64,000 bases of DNA from Octopus sinensis (lineage: Eukaryota): assembly GCF_006345805.1 (NCBI RefSeq), contig NC_042998.1, forward strand, positions 125,488,001 to 125,552,000. The letters are read 5' to 3'. Shown here one piece after another: positions 42,901 to 53,834 of this stretch (the stretch's first letter is position 1; each line of letters opens with the position of its first letter). A program made the position numbers and the translations under genes. Under the pieces are notes generated by a model. It did no database searches. It was given only the letters and a program-made list of their open reading frames with translations, and was not told the origin of the DNA.

Positions 42901-45241
42901 CTTTGTAAACTGGACCTGCTGTTCACAAAATTGCTTGAACAATTTTCAAACTCATACCGTGTAGATGGGAAATCAAAGTAGTCTTTGAAGTTATCAACTT
43001 TTTTTGATTCAGCCTTTTAGAAAAAGAAAACATTAAATAGAAAAATTAAACCTTTCTTTGGAGGACTATAGTTTGCAAAAACCTTGGAGACCTTTATCAA
43101 TGCATTTATTTCAATATATATATATATATATATACGCGAGAAAGAAGCAACAAGAATGGATAGGTTTTTAGTACAATCGTTTCATACAAGGACAGGCTTT
43201 ATTAAAAGTTGCAAAAATTACAGCATATAAACGTGTCCCGTACTCATCAGCTAAAATACATGTGAGTTCTCTAGACATCCTAGTGGTTGAGGCTATACTC
43301 ATGAAGTAATGTAGATAATTAAGTAACATAAACAGATTTCCAAAGTTCATTAAAGTTCTTTAAAGATGATGTACAGTCTTATCACAGAATTTTAAAAAAG
43401 TTTTAATAGCATCACAGAGAAGGTGACCTAATCCATAGTGCACATATGAATTTCCAGAGATATGAGGAGGGATTACATACTCACAGACGACAAATTTATC
43501 CATTGTTAATCACAACGAGGTGGGTCTCAATTCCTGCTTATTAGCATTACAGAGAGGGTGAATTAATCCTTTGTATAGATGCACAATTTCCAATGGTGTA
43601 GATGTAAATTTCCAGAGAAATGAAGAGGAATTTCATATTCACAGGCGATAAATTTATCAATGGTTGAACACAATGAGGTAGGTATCAATTCTTGTTATAT
43701 GATTAGGTATTTGCCACATTAATCACATTACTGCTATTTACAAGAGGCTGTAGCTATTTAACTTTTAAAGGCTGAAGGGCTTTCTAGAGAGGCAAAGAAC
43801 AGAAAAGGGAAGGGAAGAGAAGAAAAGAGAGAAAATAAAGGAGGAGGGAGCAAAAAGGGGGGGGGAGGGGGACTAAAAGAGAAGAGAAAAGGAAAAAGAG
43901 AATAAGAAGAAGAAAAAGAAAAAAGAGAAAAGAGAAAAGAGAATGATCTTCTAAGATTTGACCTGTAGTCTGTCAATGTATGAATAATAACGGCAACTCC
44001 TTAAGACAATAAAATGAATAAATTAAATAAATAAATTTTAATGACTTTTTGATAAGATTATACTTAGATTTTCCTAATGTATTTTCTTTTGATTTTAGCC
44101 TCTGACCCCTAAACCCCTGACCGTGTTATCTCTTTAGATTCTCTTTAAATTCATAGCTGATTTCAACAGCAATAAATTAGCTGTTTTACTGGTCAAAGAA
44201 TAATATTCTCCTCTAGTTCCTAGATGCCTGTAAATTAAAACCAGACTTGCCGTCTACTAATTCTTCTGTATAACTAGAACCCTCTTTTTTTCTTTTTCTT
44301 TTTTTCCCTTCTTTCCCTATTTCTTTCTCTTTTCTCTTTTTTCTTTTTCTTCTTCTTATTCTCTTTTTCCTTTTCTCTTCTCTTTTAGTCCCCCTCCCCC
44401 CCTTTTTGCTCCCTCTTCCTTTATTTTCTCTCTTTTCTTCTCTTCCCTTCCCTTTTCTGTTCTTTGCCTCTCTAGAAAGCCCTTCAGCCTTTAAAAGTTA
44501 AATAGCTACAGCCTCTTGTAAATAGCAGTAATGTGATTAATGTGGCAAATACCTAATCATATAACAAGAATTGATACCTACCTCATTGTGTTCAACCATT
44601 GATAAATTTATCGCCTGTGAATATGAAATTCCTCTTCATTTCTCTGGAAATTTACATCTACACCATTGGAAATTGTGCATCTATACAAAGGATTAATTCA
44701 CCCTCTCTGTAATGCTAATAAGCAGGAATTGAGACCCACCTCGTTGTGATTAACAATGGATAAATTTGTCGTCTGTGAGTATGTAATCCCTCCTCATATC
44801 TCTGGAAATTCATATGTGCACTATGGATTAGGTCACCTTCTCTGTGATGCTATTAAAACTTTTTTAAAATTCTGTGATAAGACTGTACATCATCTTTAAA
44901 GAACTTTAATGAACTTTGGAAATCTGTTTATGTTACTTAATTATCTACATTACTTCATGAGTATAGCCTCAACCACTAGGATGTCTAGAGAACTCACATG
45001 TATTTTAGCTGATGAGTACGGGACACGTTTATATGCTGTAATTTTTGCAACTTTTAATAAAGCCTGTCCTTGTATGAAACGATTGTACTAAAAACCTATC
45101 CATTCTTGTTGCTTCTTTCTCGCTTATAATCACCCCACATTACTGTATTGTTAAAACAGTATAGTTTTTTTTTGGTGCATCTAAGTTAGGTACCATATTC
45201 AAGTAAATTCATTTAAATTAACTTGAATCTTTATTGCTTTT

Positions 45242-45283
<42 letters not shown>

Positions 45284-47423
45284 AAAACCTGCATACTTGT
45301 AAAATTGAAATAACAATTAAGATAAATTGTTCTCTAACAGGTGTAGCCACGGCCATTTGAAAAGCTTCATTTTGCAACCACATATTTTGGAGTTCCACCT
45401 CATTATATGGCATCTTGGAAAGTGTCTTCTTTGGCCTCAAGACAACTAATGCCTTATAAGTAAAATTTGGCAGAAAGAAATTATACAAAAGCGCGTGTGT
45501 GTGTGTGTGTATATGCACACATACATGTGGGTATGCATGTGTTTGTATTAATCTGCATATGTATCCAAACTAGCACTATTTCAGAATTGGTAATATGTTT
45601 GTGTTTCTTACAAACAAAATATCTAATGGTTGTTCAAATTGCAAAGGCATGAAACAAAGTACCTTATTTGAAAAAGAAGTAAGGGTTGGCATCAGGAAGG
45701 GTAAGCATCAATAGGATACTACTTCATGTAGTTTTCTCCAGTTCATACCAGAATGGTAAGTTGTTTCATTGGTAATATTTTAATGCAAAAAACATTTGAT
45801 AATTTATTATCACTCCATAATAATTCTAACAAAAGGTAATTAATCTACCACTGATTTCAAGGTACAATGTTCATCCTGCTGTTTACCTTTCATAAGGATA
45901 ACATGCCATGGAAATCAAGTCAATATAATCTGATAGATCATCACCCCTCCTACTCTCTCTCCTCTATTCATCTTGATCAACATCGATGTCCAAATATTTC
46001 ATGTCACATCAAACATTTCCCAGTGTTTCTTTAGAGCACCCTAAAAGCAGGAGCCATGAACCTGGAAACTGACTATTTTTTTCAGCCTAACATGCCTTCA
46101 GTCATGTACTGCAAATGACCAAACCAATGATGTCATGTTTCTCTGACAGATTCTTCAACAATGAGCAGATGAAGGCAGCTTCCCAACTCTGGCAAATTAT
46201 GATACATGAAACTATGATGTAATTTTAAGACATGCAGTTTTAGAGATTATCATGGCCATAGTGTCATTAGAATATGATAGCACATTAACCACACATAAAA
46301 AATATCATAAAGGTATATAACATATCTTCTAACATATTGAAGATTATAGCAGGATAGAATAGTTTCCATTTCTCTATCCTGATATACAGGAACAGTTTTC
46401 TGTAATTATCATGATTTGAAGAGATAAGAAAAGGGTTTTGTAGGCACAGTTCTTCTTAGACTGATAAATAAAGAAAAATTACAGAAAAACTGAACAAGTC
46501 AACACAATTATTTAATCAAAATTTCAGTATTTGAACTATTCAGTCACTCCATACATGCAACTCATTATGTAAATGAAACAGATTTTTAGCCAAGTACTTT
46601 CTAACACAACAATTCTGATACTGACAAAAGAATCTTACTTTATAGATGAGCAAGTCATGGATTGTGTCTTTTAATGTCGTACCATCCTCATTCATTAGTT
46701 TGATGAATGCCATAGCAAATGGTTTCTCCAGTTTGTCTTTACCTGGTAAGACATATATAATCAAAGGATTAATTTATCTGAAATACTTTAGCAGCAGTTT
46801 TATATATATAAGAGAGAGAGAGAGAGAGAGAGAGAGTAAACAAAACTAAGAACACACAGAAGACATCAAAATCCCACTCTCATTTTTGCTAATATAAAGT
46901 ATATGAAAAGCAAACTGACATACCTTCACTTGAGGAACGATGTTTAAATAGGAATTTCAGATGAAGACCTCGGAATTCTTCTTCAGTGGAAATAGCAACC
47001 TATTATACAAATTATACATACTTAGATGACAAAAATTCAATAAAAACTTATTTTGAGAATTGTATTACATAAATCTCTGAAAGACAAAAACTGAAGATAA
47101 TTGGGTTTTTTTTAATTATAAAAGCACATAAACATTATCATAATTGTCATGCTTGATGCCAAACTTGGCCATGAAGGAGATGTACTGTTTCTAAAAATTT
47201 TAACAAATTCTTTTATTCATTTTCTTTTATTCTTTTACTTGTTTCAGTCATTTGACTGTGGCCATGCTGGAGCACCACCTTTAGTCGAACATATCAACCC
47301 CAGGACTTATTCTTTGTAAGCCTAGTACTTATTCTATCAGTCTCTTGTGCCAAACCGCTAAGTTATGGGGACGTAAACACACTAACACCGGTTGGCAAGC
47401 AATGGTGGGGGGGACAAACACAG

Positions 47424-47477
<54 letters not shown>

Positions 47478-49474
47478 GATGGGCTTCTTTCAGTTTCCGT
47501 CTACCAAATCCACTCACAAGGCTTTGGTCGGCCCAAGGCTATAGTAGAAGACACTTGCCCAAAGTGCCATTCAGTAGGACTGAACCCAGAACCATGTGGT
47601 TGGTAAGCAAGCTACTTACCACACAGCCATTCCTGCGCTTATATATAAATAAATAAATAAATAAATATATAAAAACATTATCTTATATGTGTCTGTATAT
47701 ATGGGAGGGATGAATAGGCTGGATTGTATGTTCAAATCGGATACTTTACATTAACCTTTAGTACACTGCATTTTCTCTAGAACTGTTTCCCCAGCCATCA
47801 CCCTGTTACTAGACAGGAGAAAACTCATACAGTGACATGATGCACCAACAGTGTGCTAAATGTTATGTGTTCAATTTACTTAACTATTAGGAATAAATTC
47901 TCAAACTTCTTGAAAAGTTACCTAAAGAATACTGTTGTTCTAGTCAGAAAAAACATTTCATTTCCTTTATGTCGTATGAGCCACAACACTTCATGAAACT
48001 ATACACAGATATAATATGCACAAGTACATCTGTGTAATTACAAAGTTAAATTCACTATCGTGTAGTTTTGGGATTTAATCACACTGCAGGGAATGTTGTC
48101 TACTATAGTATTAGGATGCCCAATACTTTAAGTTGAAAGAAACAGAAAGGAAACCCTTTAATACAGGGCTGGCCAACCTGAGGCCTGCTGGCCACATGTG
48201 GTCAACAGACTTTCATCTTACAGCCCGCTTGATACTTTCTTGAAATAGGTTTATCTAAACAAACATTTAAAATTTTTTATCAAAAATTAAAGATTGTAAT
48301 GAAAAGTAAAAAAGAAAGATACTACTCTTTTTGCAATGATAATATTTCATGTTGAATCAATGATCCTTCATTCATTATTGTAATAATAGCATGAGAAAGT
48401 AAGATGCTTCCAATTCTTTCAGTATACAAGTGGCCCTCAATAAGCTTTCTGTGATTAAAGTGGCCCACAATGTAATTTGAGTTGGTCAGGCCTGCTTTAA
48501 TGTGTATGTGGTGGATGCTGTTTCCTCATTAGTACAGCACCACTAAAAGACACTGATTTTGTTTACATTCTTCAGTGAAACAAAAGCCTTCATAGTTCAA
48601 ATGCTTCACCAGTTTTGGTGAGTGAAGACCAATGGAATGAAATAACATTACTTGACAAAACAGGTAAGTTGGTGACTGAAAAAGCATCTAGCCAAACTTG
48701 CATCAACAAGTTTCATCTAAATCAATATAGAAAAATGATGACGATGATGATTATATATATATATATTGAAGGTTGTCCCCTTGTTGAATATGTATGACCA
48801 TCACTGATGAGTAGAAAATATTTCTTGTAATTCATTGATGAATGAATAAATAATGTATCAATTGGTAGAAGCCATGTATGTGAGGCCACTGAATGTTACT
48901 AAGTATTCTGTGGCAAACAAATACTAATCTGCCTTTTCTTCTCAGAATCCAACAGGTTCAAAGCTTTTGATCTGCCATCATCAATGACAGCACATGAAAA
49001 GCAGGTCAAATCTGATTGTAGAGGTGGTGGAATAAAGGTGAGATATATGTGTGCAGGAGGAAGGATGGAGGAGAGCCTCAACCAAGCTATGGGTAGAATA
49101 CAAAGACAGTGATGTAGAAGGTGCAGTAGGTATATTGTTAGCAGGCAACATTTACCTGTACATATACACCACGAAGTTGGAAGAAGAACAGAAGTGCCAT
49201 TTTTATGAAATCTTCCATCCAATGAGCTCAATAACAAACAGTGACCTCATTATCATACAGAGTGCTTTTAATGGACATACTGGATAACTTTGATGGTTTT
49301 TCTAATTTACATGGAGGATACAGATATGGTACAAGGAATGGGGAGGGATCAAGGCTCCTAAAGTTCTGTGATGCAAATGAACTAACCATTTGCAACACTA
49401 ACTTTAGGAAACTGAATAGTTACCAAATCACCAGCTAATCAGACTTTATACTTACCAGAAAATAGTTGTGAGCA

Positions 49475-49505
<31 letters not shown>

Positions 49506-49509
49506 GAGG

Positions 49510-49553
<44 letters not shown>

Positions 49554-50950
49554 AGAGAGGAGGGAGAGAGAGAGAGAGAGAGATTTGTAATATACATTTT
49601 CATATATATTTTAAAATAAATATATATGTACTAATGATATATATGTAAAGAATACTTCTGGCCTTTATGACTAAGATGTTTATATTTATTATGATATATC
49701 TTACTTGCATTATACATACACACATATTTTTACATGCAGAGTTTGAAAAAATTTGGATAATTTATTGTACATGAATATTTTCTTAAATAAGAAACTAATA
49801 GAAATCACTAAATTAAAGTATAAACAATAAACAGTGACTGGTGATGCTTAAAAAATACATCACAGATGCATAAATAAACACGAAATACACAGTAACTGGT
49901 GGAGAGATATTTAATAATAGTAAAGAAAAGAAAAAGAACAAATTACATGAAAATATTAACACGGTTGACTGAAAACAATGTGTTGCTAGATAAGATATGT
50001 AACAACACATGCATTCAACACTTAATGACAAGAAAATACCAGACATAAATGGGAAGACAATTTTCAAGCAGAAAAATGGGAATAAAAAAATAAACGATCA
50101 AGCTATTTCTTTCTCTAATAAATTTAATCGCTATGTGATGAAAGTTGTATTATGATTATTAAACATGTTAACCAAATTATGTTTATCACATTAAGTGTAA
50201 CTAGGTCAATAATCAAATTTCATTGAATTTGAACAAACAAATAATTTATTATTGTATTAAATTAAAATCAATCAAAAGTCAATACTTTACTTTTTCCAGA
50301 GGTGATTATAAGTCAAATATAACCAAACTGGTTTACACATAAAAATAAAAGTGTATTGTTTTATGTAACTTTACTACAAGGGTTTTGCTGTTATTCATTC
50401 ATTTATAGAACTACAATTCTACCTTTTTGTTTATATATACATATATCTAAGAATATGTTGCAGGAAACACACCATCATATTAAATTGCATCAGTGAATAA
50501 TTATATATCAACCTGAACAAAATGGTCTCAGGCAAAAAAAGATATATTTACAAAGATGGATTCGGAAGCAAGGCTGGGTGTGGAATACAAAAGTGACTAC
50601 ACCAAGTTGACAACATTGCTTTAAGGGAGTGAAATGGAAAGATGTGATCTACGCAGGAACTTTACAAGAACATAAAACTCACCTGCTTGCCATCGACAGA
50701 AATCCAGTTTGCAGTATCATCTGCCAATAGCCATAGCAAGTATTTGTAATAATTACTATATTGCTGCAGTATCTAGACATGTTATTATTATTTTTTTTTT
50801 CACGATTTTTATGTAATTCTAAGAATACTCATGGACAAACTTTCAGTATAATCAGAATAAAGTAAGTTTCAGAAAATACATTGTACAGTAAACAATGATA
50901 CATAGCCTATCAACTGGTGCACTTGTTAAATTTACAGACAGATATATATG

Positions 50951-50982
<32 letters not shown>

Positions 50983-53802
50983 TTATTGTTTCAAAATTTT
51001 TGACATGATTACTTGCAAATTTTTGGTATAGCTTTACGTGCATCTTCAGTTTTTTTTTCTTATTTACATACATGTGATATGTGTGTATGTACTATATGTA
51101 TGTAAATAAGAAAATACATATATGTGTGTATAACCTATATTCTATAGTCAATAATTATAGACTAATGACTAGATGTCTTTATATTGGCAAAGTGAATATG
51201 AATAAATTTTAATATATTTAAAGTTTCATAAGATTAATGATAACAGAAAATGTTATACATGTTCATATATATGCATGTATGTGTGTGTGTGTGTGTGTGT
51301 GTGAGTGTATATGAACTAGCAGCATCTCTTGAAATTGTACATAAAAAGGAAAATTATTCAAATTAGTCATGTTTTTAATATATGCATGCACACACACACA
51401 CATACAGTAAGCAGAGTTAGTTAAATGAAATTTAAAAGATGAATTTAGCAAAATGAATTCAAACATTAAATTGGACAATGTTACTAAGATAGAAGATCTG
51501 GATTACCTTCACAGTCTCAAACCATTTTGGTCGGTCTTCGTGATAATAAATACAGGAACTGTACCTTGACATCATCTCACCACCAGCACCGCCACTTATC
51601 ACATTCTTTAACGAAAGGTAAAGAAAACCATTAAGCAGTATACATTGACTCAACAATCTTCATGTAATTAAACATAAACAGTTTTGTAATTTGTAGCATA
51701 TCTCAATTAGTGAGAGAAAGAATTCTGTTGTTGCTTTATAGAAAAAAATGGTCTATCCATTAATAAATGCCAAAACAAAAGTTTGTTCATCCACATACTA
51801 TACATAACTTCCAGCATCCTAGAAACTATGACACTTCAAGTCAGTTGACTGGTCAAAACCCTATTAGTTAGCATAACTATTCCTGGCTGTGTAAGTGTTT
51901 CATCTAACTCTTCAGATACAGTCAAGAGGACTGAAACCATCCTTTCCAGCACATCTCTTCACATATTCTACACAGCCAAAACTCATACCCAGCCCTGCTG
52001 TGATGCAACAATTTGGATAAAGAATATGTCCTACAAAGCTTAAAGAAAATAATCCACTCTAACATGCTAGAGAAGTTTTACTGACTGTTGCAATTTCTGC
52101 AAAGCCATCATCCACAGCATAAATGAAAGTTTCCCCATCTCTGAAACTGCATCCCCTCTTTCTGGTCCCTTGCTAAAAGATGATTTTTTACAGCTATGTG
52201 GAATTGTCTTTCTTTCCACTTCTCAACAATGATGGCTCTGACAACAGCATTCTACAGAGAAAGTAGCCGCATTTGCTGGTTCCTTTGTGTCTAGCTCCAC
52301 ATTGCACACATTAAGTAAAGTCTCTTCCTCCAAAATATTTCCTCTCCATTGCATCCAGCACACCACAATATGCACATCCACACCAAATGTGAACATGGTT
52401 CTAGTTGGTTCAAACCACCAACCGAGAGTGTCTCTTCCATTACCTTCAGTACAGCCCAAATCTAGTCCCTACTCTCACCAAACTTTTTAATCTCTCACTC
52501 TCTACAGGGATCTGCCTTGATCTTTTGAAAGACACAACAATGTGCCATAGTTCCAAGAAGGCTAACTCCCCTGATCCTGCTATACACCTATCCCTCTTCA
52601 TTTCTAACATTCCAACTGTGATGGAGATAGTCATGAACAACCATCTTCTCCAACACCTAGAATTTCTCTCCCTTCTTAATGATAACTCTTATGGCTTCTG
52701 TCCACCACCAGCAGTGTTATTTTATGCAATACAGTAGAATTATCAACAGACTACTTCAACCTGATCAGGCCAAACAGGATAAACATTACAAACCTCAAGT
52801 GTCTCTCCTTTTTGATTGCAAACTTGGATCGTCACCTCAACATTTTTCTCTGATGTCTTGGAGCCTTTGTTAAATTCGCCTTGCATTAATGTAATGTAAA
52901 TTTCATTCCGGACATCACCTGGTGAGGAAAAAAGCATGCATATTTATTTCAAGCAGAGCTTGCATAACATATATTTAGAATATTATTATTTCTGAAATTC
53001 TGAGGTAAGATACTGGAAGGATTCAAATTTGTTGTTTCTGGAGTCAATATCTTTTTAAATGACAACCTAATTGGTACCATGTCTCATAATAGACTATAGC
53101 AATATCCAAATGAATATGTATCCTTTCAAATTTAAGGCACAGCTCAAACAATCACAGAAACAAGGTTTTCAAATGAAAGAATTATGCCAAAGAAAAACAA
53201 GCTTCCTGGAAGAAAATAGTAAACAGGTTCAAGAATAATCCTGGTTCTCATCTAAGAACAATTTTCTTGCTCAGCATTGGTAGAATCAAACATTAAATAA
53301 AATGGTCAGAAGTGGGAGATGGGGGCAAACTATTTAGTCAGAAAATCTGGATGAATCAAAAAGTAAAATAATTCTTGAGATCAATAAAATATTTATGGCA
53401 TAAATAATCAACTCAATGAACTCAACAAATGAAATGTCTAATTTTATAACCACTGTTCAGGCTGTAGAGGCTGTGGATTTAATCATAACAATAATTAGAT
53501 GAATAAAGAAATTACTTGATCATTCTTTTTTCAGGATACACCACATACAATAAAATGGAAAGTAGAAACTCCAAGTATTTTATAAAGTATTTGAGACAGA
53601 TACTTATGAAGTAAAAGTAATTTACTACTATTCACTTAAGACTTCTGAAATTAAATATAAAATAAATCATCATCATTTAATGTCTGCTTTCCATGTTGGG
53701 GAATTTATTACAAAAACAACAAAAAACTGAAGATTAGCACTGCGAAACAAACATTCTTCCAGCAAGTAATAAAGTCTAAAACAGACAGAACATCATACTT
53801 AC

Positions 53803-53834
<32 letters not shown>

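Larger units (their letters stand above)
43136..45123. mobile_element. Foldback element, probably derived from a Penelope-like retroelement: two ~800 bp inverted arms (43136-43937 and 44324-45123) and a 386 bp unique spacer
   Basis: By-eye comparison shows the arms differ only by one substitution and a 2-nt G/C-run indel. Each arm has a minimal hammerhead near its outer end. The left flank is a (TA)n tract. No RT or GIY-YIG ORF was seen, so the family call is inference. Confidence 0.75.

Noticed and set aside
43168-45091. Identical 60-aa ORFs at 43168..43350 (-) and 44909..45091 (+)
   Set aside because: They are the two foldback arms read through the hammerhead. They have no protein motif, and the RNA structure explains the sequence.
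43136-45123. Foldback as a long-read chimera artefact
   Set aside because: The arms stop at the same element boundary with different flanks, enclose a unique 386-bp spacer, and differ by a substitution. The flanking exons remain colinear. Read-level confirmation is still advisable.
47235-47275. SINE tail CAGTC-AAAT-GACTG-AAAC-AA-GTA resembling the 3' half of a hammerhead
   Set aside because: No upstream CUGANGA core and no closable stem III; better explained as a LINE-derived 3' stem-loop
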